Part shown: in pieces, positions 25,491 to 39,344 of the stretch
How positions within the stretch are numbered: position 1 is the stretch's first letter
Layout of the letters: each line of letters begins with the position of its first letter
Assembly (NCBI GenBank): GCA_973895155.1
Contig: OZ316897.1
Span: 19,042,068-19,106,067 of the forward strand
Direction of reading: 5' to 3'
From: Marsupella aquatica
Taxonomy: Eukaryota > Plantae > Marchantiophyta
Length of the DNA stretch: 64,000 bases
Position numbers and translations under genes: made by a program
Notes under the pieces: model-generated
Seen by the model: only the letters and a program-made list of their open reading frames with translations
Told to the model about the DNA's origin: nothing
Databases searched by the model: none

Positions 25491-25811
25491 TCAAGCGCCA
25501 GCGCTCTTCAGGTGGTAGAGCTTCCCGATTACGTGCAAAGCAGTGACGAAACCAATGAAGCAAAGGCTCATGACCAGCACAACCGTAGGTGTGATCTTCA
25601 ATCCAGGAGCATCATCGGTGTAGAACCGGAGCATATTGGAGTTCCCACCGAATCCTCCTCCACCTCCGCTTCCACCGGGTCCAGAAGACCGTCTTCTCCT
25701 CAATCCTCCTGGCCCATGGTTCCCCCTAGGTGGAGCTCCTCCAGCCGGAGATCCACTGCCGCTTCTCGACACCACTGAGGATGCCTGACTCGGCGACGCC
25801 CCCTTCGCCAT
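25491..25811 (-). CDS. SEC61B: Protein transport protein Sec61 subunit beta (106 aa)
   Basis: [39 protein letters not shown] is the Sec61-beta signature. ATG at 25811 chosen over the longer ORF start. Confidence 0.95.
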   Translation of the reverse strand: MAKGASPSQASSVVSRSGSGSPAGGAPPRGNHGPGGLRRRRSSGPGGSGGGGGFGGNSNMLRFYTDDAPGLKITPTVVLVMSLCFIGFVTALHVIGKLYHLKSAGA

Positions 25812-26355
25812 CGCCCCTTCCGAACGGCACCACCGCAGGTACACTCGCAGATAATCGGATGGCGCAGACAAGTTCCGTCAACAGCAGACACGCAATTCCG
25901 CAAATCGCAAACCGATATCGATCTGTTCGATCCGTCCACAAATTATTTCCTCTCACGCCTTCCTCTCACTCCCCACAAAGCTCGCCGACCTCTGCCCTGT
26001 TTCATCCACCGCTGTTCACCACCCTCAGAGTGAACTTACTGCCGAAAGAGTCAGGTCGAGGAGTGTCGCGAACGCACGTCTGCCCTACACCAATGTTGTT
26101 AAGTTCCACAAAAACAAGCTCGACCCAAACGCAAGAACAGGGATGCAGCACAACAATGAAGACCTCCGATACCAAGATCGCCTTTAATACCCGATTGTGA
26201 ATACCTGGTCACTCACTCCCTCCCTCTTCGACTATCGGCTTGCTCTCCTCCTAGTCACAATGTCACTGGTCTGTCGATCCCAATTGTGGGCGAAGCTGAG
26301 TGCTCAGTCAGTCGCCAAGAAATTCCGAGACGAGACGAGACACGACGAGAGAAGC

Positions 26356-26356
<1 letters not shown>

Positions 26357-26384
<28 letters not shown>
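26357..26384. repeat. (AG)14 microsatellite upstream of Sec61-beta
   Basis: Pure AG run, CT-rich on the gene's sense strand, as is common in plant 5' regions. Confidence 0.9.
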
Positions 26385-26389
<5 letters not shown>

Positions 26390-29300
26390 GAAAGGAAAAG
26401 AGCCCTAAGCTTAGACGACGCGTTTGACTGAGACTACGCTTCGTCTCGACTTCTGCTCGAGGAAAACGCTCGCGTGCAAGTCGGCCGGCCTTGGGACGGT
26501 ACAGTACTCCAGTCGGTGTTGAGGGCCTTGGCCCTTGGGACGGTACAGTGAGGTGGAGCTACCGTACAGTGAACCGTATATAAGTGCAAGGTGGATAAGT
26601 GCATTTTGTGGATTAGTGCAGGCCAACCATGTCTTCCTCTAAACTTAGAAGAATTTTCTTTGTAAATGTATAAAAAACCAGGCCAGTGATGGAAGAGGTT
26701 TGGTCACAAAAGCTGAACTGTTACAAATACCCTCTATTAATAATTATACACTGTATTTTTCAGAATTATATGCGCAAAATTGTATATGCAGAAAAAAGAT
26801 TTGGAGGCATTTTTGGGCCCCCACCACAAAGCTGAACTGAAAGTTCAGCCAAATATGCAGTTTGTATACTTACGTTCAGGTAGACCCTTACTTAACTAAA
26901 ACATATTGGCACTAAATGACCAATTATACACAAGAGTATTTCGATCTATAAAGGTCCAGACTCATTTATGAATTACTCCAATGCTTACATAACATTCAAG
27001 CAATTAAATGTGCAATATGATGGCTTTGGGTATGAGAAGTCTGATGTGTGTGACCAGACAACACAATGGGGAAGTGTATATTAAGTGATTGCCCATGCAC
27101 TTATTAGACAGCGGGGACTGTGTACATATGGATAACTGCATAAATAATGTCCCATGCACTTACGGCATAGCGCATTTGGTGAATAAGTGCTGGCTGGTGG
27201 TGTCTTCTCTGGAAGCTGTACTTTATGAAGGACCGCACCTACAGTTGTCTCTCTATAAGTGCACAATCCATAAGTGAAACCCTGGATAACTGCAATGATT
27301 CCCATTCTAACCAGGATTCTAACCTTGTTTTCTGTGAAGTTGATGCTTCTTTTGCACTGTTTGGAAGAGCACCTGCACCGGGGCTAGGCCACTGGGCACT
27401 GACTGCCTGATATTTGTGAGTTGCAATTGCAAGGCTTGCACGGGTTGCTGCACTCCCCAAAGTTTTTCACAGCCTGTTGTGCCAAGCAACAAGTTTTGCT
27501 GACTGCCATATTTCCCCATGTCCGAGTTACCATTCTCCTTTTAATTCCCAGTGCTGCCAAACTGGATCTATGCTAGCTGCTCACAATGCCACATGTACAG
27601 GCTTTGGTGTTAGAATGCCAATTATTTCAAACATGCACACGACTTGTTTGTGGGTTTTGCACAAGAAGGTTTGCTACAGGCTAGTAAGACTTTATTGAGC
27701 CTATAGAGGTACTTAGCTAGGATGCAGGCCCCCATGTGCGCCCTGCCAAACTTCAACCAATTCAGGGACCTGACCTGAAAGTCAGAGCAATGCTCTAAGT
27801 GCAAACAAGCCAAAAAACACTCATTGGTAAGCAACTTACACTTATTGATAAGTGGTGGATGGCAAGATTGAGGGGTACGTACCAAAGGTCGCAAAAACGA
27901 TCAATGGCTAAAGCAAGAGAGAAAGGACTGAAAATGTCATAAAGATTTGGTGGAATACACTTCCAAAAAGGTTGGACACACTTCCAAGAATAGTGTGCAC
28001 TCCTACTAGCCAACATTGTCATTCCACAATCTTGTTATGACATCAAACTCTAACTTTTCTAACTTTTGATCTCTACTTGAAGCTCCAAAGTGTTCAAACT
28101 GAACTCACATTGAAATTGAACTGCATGTTGGCTGCCCATAAACACTCCCAAGCTCAATGTTCAACTCAATGTGGGATGTAGCAACTGCTCCTCTTGGTCG
28201 CAGCTCCTCTTGGTCGCAGCTCCTCTTGGTTCACAGCGCGCAGCAGCGCTCGATGGTTGACAGTGCGCAGCTCAGCTCTGAGGTCCAACGTTACGATGCA
28301 CAGTTCCCTGGTCCTTGGTTGCAACTAGGAGAAGGACTGAATGACTGTGGCTTCTCTTCTCTACTATCGAAGCACCCGGCTGGCAGCTCCGCAAACACTG
28401 ATCATAGCTGCAATCTCTACTCCGTTGATTGAAGAGCAGCTGCAGCACAGTAAGGAGCTCCCACAGCCTCCCTCTTCAAAGCTCGGTTGACCTAGCTCTA
28501 CGATCGACGGAGCTTGTCATCCTCTGCATCAAAAACCCTCCACCACCCGACCTTGCGTGTTACACAAAGCTGACAATGCCTCAATGTCAGTGGCGCACAT
28601 GGCGATTGAGTCCTTACCACCAAGCGCTTCTTAGGGATGCCTCACGACAATGTCCTTACCACCTAACGACTCTCAAGGTTGACTCTCCCAAACCAATGCA
28701 AACCCCTTGCTGAACTCCTGTGCCCAAACAGAGGCAGAACTGTCAAAAGCACTTGCAATAGTGGACGCAAAAATGTGAAGTGAATGAGCTCCCAGCTTCC
28801 CTCGCAAAATGTTTACCCTAAACTCTGCTCGTATGCTCCACTCACAAACATGAAGCACAACGTTCTGTCGCAAAGCACAATGATGGGGCCCGAACGCATG
28901 CATGGGGCGCAGACACTCAATAGTTCCCTTCACAAAAACCCAGTTTGATATGACGACCAAAGCACACTCACCCTAACCCAAGACTTAGTGCAAACAGGAC
29001 CCTAAACGCTAATCCAGGGCACGTTTCCGTTGAGTTGAGCCATTACGCTTGATAAGTCCTGGCCAGAGTCTTCATGTAGGGGAACAATGTGGACTTAATT
29101 AGGCAACAAAAGACACAATTTGGGTGAGGGTAAAGGATAACTTTAAATAAATCCCTTTGGTGACAAAGATGAGGCCACTTAATCAATTGTGCCCCACCCT
29201 AACCCCCCCCCCTCCGGGCCCCCCTCATGGAATTACCTCTATCAAAAGTACCCTAAGTTATGAAAAGTACCCGTTACATGGATCTTTACGGTGCAATGTT

Positions 29301-31264
29301 AGTTAACGTTGGTGATATATACAAGGCATGTTCCTTAAGCACTGCGGCCAAAATGTAGCACGTCAACCGGTCCTTTTGAAGTACACTCTTATGATGAACC
29401 CTTGTAAGACTATCGAGTGTCCTAGTCTTTGTGTGGACCTTTATTGTGGATTCCAAGAATAAAATCCATGATGTGTAGTGTTCACCTTTCACAAAATAGC
29501 AAGTATACTTTTCATAGTCTTTAAACCACACCTGCCCCTATAAAGGGCTACGGGTAACCCGTAGCTCTCATTCTAAGGAGTAGAAGTTCAGAAATGGGCT
29601 TTGAGCTCCACAAAAGGTGCTGACTGCAAAACCTTTTTTTGGCAAGTATTCCACAAAACCTGCTAATGTTCCACCTTTTATGGTGAGTAGTGAGACATGG
29701 AATAAGGCTTTTATAGTGGCAGGTGTGGTTTAACTAAACCAGAAAACATTCAAAGTCTTTTATAGTCTTTAACAAAACCTTGGCAATGGATGCGAGTCAT
29801 TTAAAGTATGGAAGAAGGACTTAGTGGGCTTAGTCCTATAAGGTATGGTCTAAATTGCCCCGGTTTTTACTAGTGCCCTCAATTCCTACCAAATTAACTC
29901 CCAGATGAATAGCCTATTTAGGTTGTGCCCTTCCATAGCACTTTTGTAGCCCTCCAATATATCAACAACAATTGAGGCCCCATGAAATTGGCTAGCCCAA
30001 ACCCTACACCCATGCATACTTTAGGTATTTTCTTGTGACATATTCAAACTACTATTCTTTGGGAGTATGTGTGTACCAATTAGAACATGTCACATATCTT
30101 ATGCATGTAGATGACCAAAAAAACTCTAACTTTCTTAGAGAACTTCATGGAATATATATGACCCATTTAGTGAGGGCCTATTGTCCTTTACAACGGGCTT
30201 TGCGAGGGGCTTTGAAGCAAACCCAAAATTTTTACAGACCCTATTGTTCTTTCCGGGGTTCTTTCAGACAGCTTTGGAAGTATTCCTTTAATTAGGACCA
30301 TTATAATGACCAGTATTTCATCACATGTGATAATTATGGTCAACTACTCTCCGGGTGTACATTGTAACTCAACTTTTGTAGGGGATTTTAAAAAAATATT
30401 CTTATAATATATGGTTAAATAACCTATCCAATTACTGACAATTAATGTCAGTAAGCTAAGTTTGATTTAGTCATACTACTGTAGTAATCTCACATACCTC
30501 CCAACGCATGGAATTAAAAGCTGTAGCTTAAAAAAGGAACCAAACTTGTTTTTATCTGGAAAAATTTTAATTCTCAAAGCCAACTTAGATGGTTTTTTTA
30601 ATACAAGTGTCTACAACCAAACTAACCAGCACTTTTAACTTTTATATAGTCACTGGTTTATATATTGAGATTTTAAAAATCTTTAAAGAAAAGTTACTAA
30701 CAGCAAGTTTAGGGATAATTTGTTAACTATACTACATGGAAAATTAAAAGTCAGAGAAAATCCAAACTTTTTAGACATTTAAACTACTCAAGAAATTTAA
30801 AAAGTAAAATTTGACTATTTTTGGAAATTTATTTTCATTCCAGACAACCTTCAGGTCATATAGAAATGCACACAGTGGCCCATTATACACCAAGCAACAT
30901 CAACTGAGAGTAATCGATAATGTTGAAGGGGCTTAGCTCAATAAAAACAACCATGAAAACAACACTGATAAAACAACTAAATGGTCAACAAACTAACTAA
31001 GATCCATGACCACTTCATTGACTTATAATGATTAAGATGGAAAGGTGGGGAAGTAGGCTACGACAAATTAGGTCCTGAGTGATTTGATATGGTCACCAGT
31101 TCTTTCCTCCTCTAAGCCTAATTAACCTTCTAAGCCAAGCCAAGGAGCCAAGCATGCTTAACCCTAATACTGTCTCCTTTCACTAATGAGATTTAAGATT
31201 CATCAACATTTTCAGTTGATTGACCAATAGGATGGAAACGTGGGGCTGTAGTGCCATTGTACAA

Positions 31265-31590
31265 CAGGTGGGATGGTTGGATGAGTTTTTTGACCAATGT
31301 GCGTCCCTGAATTCCCGCTGGTGTGCAAGGCTGGGTGTAAGGGCTACCTGTATGGGCACAGATTGATGGTTGGATCGATGGGTTTTTTTTGACACTTAAG
31401 GCTCATTTGATTTGCGTCCCTGAATTCACGCTCGTGTGTGAGGCTTGTTGTAAGGGCCACCTGTATGGACACGCATTGACGGTTGGATGAGATTTTTTGA
31501 CCAATCAGGGCTCATTCGATGTGCGTCCCTGAATTCCCGCTGGTGTGTGAGGCTTGGTGAAAGGGGCGACCTGTATGGGCACGGATTGAT
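31265..31590 (+). repeat. ~110-bp tandem repeat in the H+-ATPase promoter (3 units here, 2 in the other arm at ~46890-47120)
   Basis: Core tgcgtccctgaattc(c/a)cgct occurs three times here and twice as reverse complement in the right arm. Confidence 0.8.
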
Positions 31591-31907
31591 CACATTCTGG
31601 CTCTGCTTGGGAATTTGCATAAATAATTTAGTTGGCTACTCAATATGCGCTCTCGCACCTTACACCATCTTCACATTGTGAACCATCTTGTGAAGTGGTG
31701 TAAGAGCAACTTACTAAGTAAATACCAATAATGGTTTCCTGACACAGATGGCAAGAACTAATGCCATTGTTTTCTATGGCAGTACGTACGTTTCTAGTGA
31801 AAATTGTCTTTTGAGTAGGAACTGACGGAGGACACATGGTCAAGAGCGGCCTACGCTTTGAGAGGAACTGACCACGAACATTGCCTCTGAAAGCAGCCAA
31901 TGAACTG

Positions 31908-31914
31908 TATATAA
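31908..31914 (+). promoter_or_regulatory. Candidate TATA box of H+-ATPase copy 1
   Basis: TATATAA about 25 nt before a pyrimidine-rich ctctcactca stretch. Conserved in the other arm at 46568-46574. Confidence 0.55.
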
Positions 31915-31956
31915 GCCCAGCTTCCGCTGCTCTCTCACTCATCGAGAGCAATTCAT

Positions 31957-32510
31957 TTGCTGTTCTCAGAGCAGTCACAGGAGACGGTGCTGCAGTCTTG
32001 AGAGGTGGGAGAGCTAGCTAATTTAGACTTGCGAGTTTTACTTTGCTGTTGTCAGAGCAGTCACAGGAGCTGGGTTTGTGCTCGGTGTTCATGCCTTGCT
32101 GCAGTCTTGAGAGGTGGGAGAGCTTGCTAATTTAGACTTGCGAGTTTCATTTCATTTGCTGTTGTCGGAGCAGTCACTGGAGAAGGTTAGTGCTCGGGGT
32201 TTATGCCTTGCTGCAGTCTTGAGAGGTGGGAGAGCTTGCTAATTTAGACTTGCGAGTTTTCATTTCATTTGCTGTTGAGGGAGCAGTCACTGGAGAACGT
32301 TTGTGCTCCGGGTTCTTGCATTGCTGCAGTCTTGAGTGGTGGGAGAGCTAGCTAATTTAGACTTGGCAGTATTCATTTGCTGTTGTCAGACCCGTGGTCG
32401 GATCGGAGCAGTCAGAGGGCCGGAGAAGGTTCCTGCTGGGGGTTCATGCCTTGCTGCAGTCTATCTTGAGAGGTGGGAGAACTACCGTAGCTAATTTAGA
32501 CTTGCGAGTT
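31957..32510 (+). repeat. Five-unit tandem repeat (~85-140 bp) forming the presumed 5' leader, with three uORFs
   Basis: Each unit ends in gctaatttagacttg(cg/gc)agt. uORFs at 32091-32135 and 32203-32247 (both MPCCSLERWESLLI*) and 32446-32469 (MPCCSLS*). Confidence 0.85.
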
Positions 32511-32525
32511 TCTGGACTGACGCAG

Positions 32526-35357
32526 ATGGGGGAGATAAATTCGGAAGACATAGTGACTGAGACGATGGACCTGGAGCAGGTCCCGATGGAGGAAGTGTTT
32601 GTGAAGCTGAGATGCACCAAGCAAGGTCTCTCCACCCAAGAGGGAGAGGCTCGACTGCAGACGTTCGGCCCTAACAAGCTCAAGGAGATCAAGGAGAGTA
32701 AAATTCGGAAGTTCCTTGGGTTCATGTGGAATCCTTTGTCTTGGGTGATGGAGGCTGCTGCGATTATGGCCCTTGTCCTGGCGAATGGCGGGGGAAAGCC
32801 GCCCGATTGGGAGAATTTTATCGGTATTATCTCGCTGCTGGTCATCAACTCCACCATCAGCTTCTATGAGGAGAATAATGCAGGTAATGCTGCGGCAGCT
32901 TTAATGGCTCGATTGGCTCCAAAGGCTAAGGTTTTGAGAGATGGGAAGTGGGACGAGCACGATGCATCCATTCTGGTTCCAGGGGATATCATTGGCATCA
33001 AGTTAGGGGACATCGTCCCTGCTGATGCTCGACTTCTGGATGGAGATGCTCTTAAAATCGACCAGTCCTCCCTAACTGGAGAGTCCCTTCCTGTCACCAA
33101 GAAACCAGGCGATGAGGTGTTCTCAGGATCAATCTGCAAGCAAGGAGAGATAGAGGCTGTCGTCATTGCCACAGGCGTGCACACCTTCTTCGGCAAGGCT
33201 GCCTACCTTGTTGACAGCACTAAGTCTGTGGGGCATTTCCAAACAGTTCTGAGAACAATAGGCAATTTCTGTCTGTGCACAATTGGCATAGGTCTGGTTG
33301 TGGAAATTATTGTGATGTATGCCATCCAGCACAGAAGTTACCGCGATGGGATTAACAACCTTTTGGTTTTGCTTATTGGTGGAATCCCTATTGCCATGCC
33401 GACTGTGCTTTCTGTCACGATGGCTATTGGCTCCCACAAGTTGTCCAAACAAGGTGCAATCACGAAGCGCATGACGGCTATTGAGGAGATGGCAGGTATG
33501 GACGTGCTTTGTAGTGATAAGACAGGGACTTTGACCCTCAACAAGCTGTCCGTAGACAAGAATCTCGTGGAAGTTTTCACTGCAGGTGTGGATAGGGATT
33601 TCGTCATCTTGTCTGCAGCCAGAGCAGCCAGGACTGAAAATCAGGATGCCATTGACACGGCTATAGTCGGGATGCTGGGAGATCCTCGTGAGGCTCGTGC
33701 GGGAATCCAGGAAGTTCACTTCCTGCCCTTCAACCCGGTGGACAAGAGGACAGCCATCACTTTCATCGATTCGGACGGGGCCTGGCATAGGGCCAGCAAG
33801 GGAGCTCCGGAGGAAATACTTGATTTGGTCCACAACAAGTCTGAAATCGCAGCCCGAGTGCACCAAGTCATCGATAATTTTGCTGAGCGTGGCCTCCGCT
33901 CTCTTGCAGTTGCGAGACAGTCTGTGCCGGAGAAACACAAAGAAAGCACGGGAGGGCCTTGGGAGTTTCTCGGGTTATTACCTCTTTTTGACCCCCCTCG
34001 CCATGACAGTGCTGATACCATTAGGGAGGCTCTCAAGCTAGGGGTCAATGTGAAGATGATCACAGGTGATCAGCTAGCTATTGCCAAGGAAACAGGGCGA
34101 AGACTTGGCATGGGTTCCAACATGTACCCATCCGCTAGCTTGTTCGGGAAGAGCAAGGAGGACTCCATGGCAGGAGTTGACATAGATGAACTCATCTTCA
34201 AAGCTGATGGATTTGCAGGAGTGTTCCCTGAGCACAAGTATGAAATCGTGAAAAGATTGCAAGAGCAGAAGCACATTTGCGGTATGACTGGAGATGGTGT
34301 GAACGACGCCCCGGCATTGAAGAAGGCCGATATCGGAATCGCTGTGTCTGATGCAACCGATGCCGCCCGTAGCGCTTCCGACATTGTGCTGACTGAGCCT
34401 GGTCTTAGCGTAATAATTCATGCTGTTCTCACTAGTAGGGCGATATTCCAGAGGATGAAGAACTACACCATCTACGCTGTCTCCATCACAGTTAGGATAG
34501 TGCTCACCTTTCTGCTTCTGGCTTTGATCTGGAAATTCGACTTCTCTCCATTTATGGTTCTGATCATTGCCATCCTCAACGACGGTACCATCATGACTAT
34601 CGCAAAGGACAGAGTTATTCCATCCCTCTTACCGGACAGTTGGAAGCTGAAGGAGATTTTCTCCATCGGTCTGGTGATTGGCGCTTACTTGTGCTTGGTT
34701 CCGGTGATGTTCTTCTGGGCTATCACCAAAACCGACTTCTTCTCGAACACTTTCCACGTGACGTCAATCAGCGGGAACAAAGGTCAGCTCATGTCAGCAA
34801 TGTATTTGCAAATGAGTATCAGTGGCCAAGCTCTGATCTTTGTGACTCGGTCACGAGGCTTCTCTTACTTCGATCGCCCAGGGGGTCTTCTAGTGACCGC
34901 CTTCTTCGTTGCACAAATAGTGGCCACCCTTGTGGCTGTCTATGCCAACTGGGCATTTGCTGGCATCAGCGGAGTGGGCTGGGGGTGGGCTGGGGTCATC
35001 TGGTTGTTCAGCATCGTCACTTACATCCCTCTGGACTTCATCAAGATAGCCTTCTACTACATTATGAGTGGACGCGCTTGGAATCTGATTCTCGATAGGA
35101 AGACTGCGTTCAAGGTTCCTACCGAGGGGAGGGAGGCACAATGGGCACATGCTCAACGAACGGTGGCGGGAGCAGATCTCCAGAGCTCGACTACACCGGC
35201 ATCCATCAAGGATATCCCCCAGATGGCTGCTTTGGCAATGATAAGAGCAGACTTTGCTAAGTTGAGAGAGAAGCACACTCTGAAGGGACGTGTGGAGTCT
35301 GTCATAAAACTGAAAGGCTTGGATATGGACGACATAGAGCAGGCATACACTGTATAG
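32526..35357 (+). CDS. AHA: Plasma-membrane P3A H+-ATPase, single coding exon, 943 aa, penultimate-Thr type (copy 1)
   Basis: Motifs [47 protein letters not shown] and C-terminal YTV. True start taken as MGEINSED. Confidence 0.97.
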   Translation: MGEINSEDIVTETMDLEQVPMEEVFVKLRCTKQGLSTQEGEARLQTFGPNKLKEIKESKIRKFLGFMWNPLSWVMEAAAIMALVLANGGGKPPDWENFIGIISLLVINSTISFYEENNAGNAAAALMARLAPKAKVLRDGKWDEHDASILVPGDIIGIKLGDIVPADARLLDGDALKIDQSSLTGESLPVTKKPGDEVFSGSICKQGEIEAVVIATGVHTFFGKAAYLVDSTKSVGHFQTVLRTIGNFCLCTIGIGLVVEIIVMYAIQHRSYRDGINNLLVLLIGGIPIAMPTVLSVTMAIGSHKLSKQGAITKRMTAIEEMAGMDVLCSDKTGTLTLNKLSVDKNLVEVFTAGVDRDFVILSAARAARTENQDAIDTAIVGMLGDPREARAGIQEVHFLPFNPVDKRTAITFIDSDGAWHRASKGAPEEILDLVHNKSEIAARVHQVIDNFAERGLRSLAVARQSVPEKHKESTGGPWEFLGLLPLFDPPRHDSADTIREALKLGVNVKMITGDQLAIAKETGRRLGMGSNMYPSASLFGKSKEDSMAGVDIDELIFKADGFAGVFPEHKYEIVKRLQEQKHICGMTGDGVNDAPALKKADIGIAVSDATDAARSASDIVLTEPGLSVIIHAVLTSRAIFQRMKNYTIYAVSITVRIVLTFLLLALIWKFDFSPFMVLIIAILNDGTIMTIAKDRVIPSLLPDSWKLKEIFSIGLVIGAYLCLVPVMFFWAITKTDFFSNTFHVTSISGNKGQLMSAMYLQMSISGQALIFVTRSRGFSYFDRPGGLLVTAFFVAQIVATLVAVYANWAFAGISGVGWGWAGVIWLFSIVTYIPLDFIKIAFYYIMSGRAWNLILDRKTAFKVPTEGREAQWAHAQRTVAGADLQSSTTPASIKDIPQMAALAMIRADFAKLREKHTLKGRVESVIKLKGLDMDDIEQAYTV

Positions 35358-37986
35358 CATCGTAGCCGAACCATCATGAACTGTTCTCTTTTTGGACGTG
35401 TGGTATTTGATGAGCTTCAGGAGAGTTGTGGTGAACTGAAATAATTCAGAATTTTACTACCCGAGCGAGTAATTATACCAATTCCCGAATGTCGACATTT
35501 ATGGCACCTCCTCGATCTCGGAAGGACCTTTATTCAACTGCCCTATAGAGGATTTCCTATTAGTCTTGGCCTGGATTCACAAGCTAGGAGTAGATGTACT
35601 TACTCCATGTAGTCTTTAGGGAGTCGTGTTTAAGTTTAGTGGGACTTGGTATATAGTGCGTAGAGCCCCTAGCCAGGATTATGGAGGAACCAAATTGGAA
35701 AGTCTCAAATAGGTCGACTCAAAACATACTACCATCTGCCGCTTTCGGAACCTCATAATTAACTTCCTTGTGGTGTGTGAATTTCAAAGCGCCTTTTCAT
35801 TTAATTTCTGGTTCTCCATAAAAGGTAATAGCTTGCCTGTGCAAAAACTTCTTTAGGCTATTCGTGCTATGATCTGAATGCTGTAGAACAAGTCGTTTAA
35901 ATATATCTTTGGGTCTGTTCGTCTACTTGGGTTAGCGGTCCCGGACCGTGTTACTTGGAGATCGACGTACATGAAGGAGTAGAAAGCCAAGGAATGCGTT
36001 TGCATTTACCACTTTGATATTCACTGTGTCCTGTGGAAAACTCAACATTCAAGGTAGTAGAGTACTGACCGATCCTCAAGTCCGGTGTGTTCCACCTCTT
36101 GTGTCTTCGATCAGAGAGTGGTGTTCTGGTCACCATGGAATGATTCCAGAAATTACGTTGCAGACTGTCACTGAGAGTCTTTTTTTTTGGAAGATTGCTT
36201 GTTGGAAATTGGTGGACTTGACAGGTTGTGGTGTCCTTAACTTTACATTTTTGGGATGGAATTGAAATTTCCTGTTAACAGGATTTGCGCACCGTATTTT
36301 CTTATGGAACAACTCGCCCTATAACCAAATTTACCTCTCCAAACTCCACAACGTATCCACTAGCTCAAAAAGATCACTCAGGTACGTATCTCATGCAAGC
36401 TATAGGTACCTGAATGCTAAGCTATTGATTGCGGGTCTTACACCTTCGTAATCTCATTTGGAAGTGAGAGTATGACAAGGAGACAGTTTGATTCAAAATT
36501 TATAGTTGAGCTCCCGTTCTGGGTATACTTCTTCCCTGGTGCAGGCCCCTCCCCCACCCCCGGTTTTTGTGGCTTCATGACCTTTGGGTACAGGTGATTG
36601 TCGACCCCCTTTGTGGGCCACCCCTGTTGTATGCTGGGCGTTAGTATGGCTACACACACCGGACTGATGATGTGAGATTCAAGTTTTCAAAAAAGTTGGC
36701 AAATACCCCAAATTTTATAGTAGAGAAGGTGAGCTGGAATAGCAATGTATGGCGGAGCCCATCATTGGCGAATATAACAAATCACTTTTACTTTTCAATG
36801 ACTTGAATGCATAGTATTTATCAACTTTGTGGTGTTGTGGATAGACATTGGGTGAGGGGCTTTGCTGCAAAGTTTGCACTGTCATGTCTACAAAGATGAA
36901 CGTACATATCATTTACCTGGGTTTGCAATCTCAAAATTGAAGTGTTGGAAATTTGGAGAAGGGCTTTGAAATAAAAGCTTTGGAATTTTCATTTAAATTA
37001 ACCTATCTGTATAATTATTGTGTTTCATTTGGTGTTTGTTTCATGCATCTTTGGGATGAAGTGTTGGAAATTTGGAAAAGGGCTTTGTAAACTTTTCTGA
37101 TAAGTTTTGGAATTTTCATTTAAATTAACATATCCATATAGTGTTTCATTTGGTGTCTGTTTCATGCATCTTTGGGCCCTGCATACACGACTATTGTATA
37201 ATAGGTAGGGGTCTACATATTTATGTGGACTAAAAAGTTTGAAGTCATATAAAATATTTAGTTAAATTCTTATTTTTCAGGAAAAAAATATTTTTTTTCC
37301 TAAACTTATTGTAATTTTTATTAAAATATTTTCAGAATTTAAATCAAAAAAAGCCTGGCTAATTTGGCTGTAGACCCTTTATTAAAAAAAAATACATAAT
37401 TTGGCTTTGATAAAATGTTTTCATATCAAAACAAGTTCATTTTCTCTAAAGTTACATCTTTGGATTCCTTGACTTGAGACGTACAAAATTTTAGTTATTA
37501 GGAGATATATGCTTGAAGGTCTCTCTGGTGGGACTTTCTTACCTAATGAGCCCCTACAATTTTTATTTACATAATAGGCCCCCTCTTAATGAGCCATATT
37601 CACTATTTTGTGGAGGTGCCAAACTGTGTAGTTGACCACAGCAAGCCCTACATTATACACTGTGTGTTTACTTCCAGTCCACCACAGTCTGCGCCGTAGA
37701 GAATTGTGCTCCCAACCGGGCGGCCAACAACACAGTCGACAACGGGGTTCTAAAATAGGGCTAGGGCGAGTTTAACCATGAAGACATAATGCAATATGTA
37801 TTTGTGTGCTTTGAGGGGTTTAGGGTTGTTGCCGCTACCTGACAACTGTTTTTCTTTGATTTTTTGTGTTGCGGGAGGGAAGCGCTGAAGTCAATGCTTG
37901 GGTTTTGTAGATGCTTGATGCTTGGGTTTTGCCAATGCCTTTGGGTTGTTGATTGAAGCCCAGTGCCTAGTGACAAAAAAAAGTGT

Positions 37987-38405
37987 CAGTGCAAGTATCA
38001 GGATCTTAATCATGATCACATGTCCCGCCAGTGCAAGTATCAGGATCTTAATCATGATCACACATCCCGCCACACATGTCCTTCAAAATGACAGTAGTAG
38101 ATAAGTTGAGAAAACCATGTGTGGAGCATGTGAAAGTAACCCCTATGATTACTCCACAGTACGATAAAATTGAAATTATCCAAAAACATAATTCATATTG
38201 CCTTCACTTTGCAGCTTGTGTAGCATCCGCCGTTCAAAACCAAAGATATAATCCATATTGTTTTCACTTTGTAGTTTGTGTAGCGTCCACTGTTCAAATC
38301 CAAAGATAAAATCCATATTGTTTTCACTTTATAGTTTTGTAGCGTCCACCGTTCAAATCCAAAGATAAAATCCATATTATTTGTCTTCACTTTGCAATTT
38401 GGGTA
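37987..38405. repeat. Two short tandem arrays in the palindrome spacer (42 bp x2 and ~61 bp x3-4)
   Basis: cagtgcaagtatcaggatcttaatcatgatcaca occurs twice. catattg...cactttg...gtagc.tcc...gttcaaa.ccaaagata is repeated. Confidence 0.8.
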
Positions 38406-39344
38406 GCAGCAACTGCAATTCTGCGGTTCAAGCCCTAGCTCTATTGTTTGACCTTTGTGTTTGACCGTACAAGGTTAGGTGCAGGGTATCAAGCAAAAAT
38501 TGGTGAGAGTTGCTTTTGGCATGACATGTCAAAAGCAGCAGGAAATGAAACTAACATTTGCATCAATTGAGCCTATATATCTATAAACTTGTTTGTACTC
38601 TTTCTTGACAAAAGTTGGGATGACATGTCAAAAGCAACACCAAATGACACGGGAAATGAAAAAGGAAATGAAATTCTCGGGGGGGGGGGGTCACCTCCAG
38701 GGAAGTGGCATATCACGTGCGATGAAATATAGGGTCATTTAAATGATTTTTGTGGAATCTTGACTTATATATTAAGTCTTCAATGGAAATATAGGGTTGC
38801 TTAATTGTCAGGGGGGAAGGGGGGGCTCACTTCTACAAATGTTGACATCATGTGCTACGAACAAAGTAAGGGGGATTTTCTTCATTTTATGGAAGTACTT
38901 AGAAGTAGCAAGGAAGTAAGTAAGGGGGTAACAATTCAAAAAGTGTCACTTGTCATCACATGATTCATTGCTTGCTACATGTCAATATGTGATTGGTGGG
39001 TTTTCTGAGCTTCCTATTCCTTTTTAGAGAGTGGCTAAATAGGGTGTTTGCTTAAGGTATACAACAATTTCATAAGGTGAACCCTTCGAGTTAATTGTAA
39101 GATGCATATGTGTCTTCATGTGATTGGTGTTGCAAACTTTATACAAAGTGGCTTAGGGGGGTCATAAATGACCAACACCTTTGCACGTGATGTATGGCCC
39201 TCCATATAGGGACCCCTCCAAGAATGAAACTAAGATTTGCATGCATGGATTGTTTTTCGGCAAACCAAATCGATGTGAGAGTCAATATTTTCAAACAAGC
39301 ACCGTCCATTACACACAAATTAAGTCACAACTTCACATATTTGT

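Larger units (their letters stand above)
30500..37578 (+). repeat. Left arm of a large inverted duplication
   Basis: Collinear reverse-complement similarity to 40805-47500 across promoter, leader, CDS and 3' flank. Ends are approximate. Confidence 0.9.

Noticed and set aside
27081-28960. Cluster of 60-95 aa ORFs and a 16-bp triple repeat near 28186-28230
   Set aside because: No coherent protein in any frame. At most an unassignable TE remnant.
32394-32525. N-terminal extension of the ATPase given by the ORF track
   Set aside because: Starts at GTG/TTG inside the leader repeat and differs between copies. ATG 32526 gives a normal length.
33129-33938. 269-aa antisense ORF and other overlapping ORFs, mirrored in copy 2
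   Set aside because: Shadow ORFs of the ATPase CDS. They are duplicated only because the CDS is.
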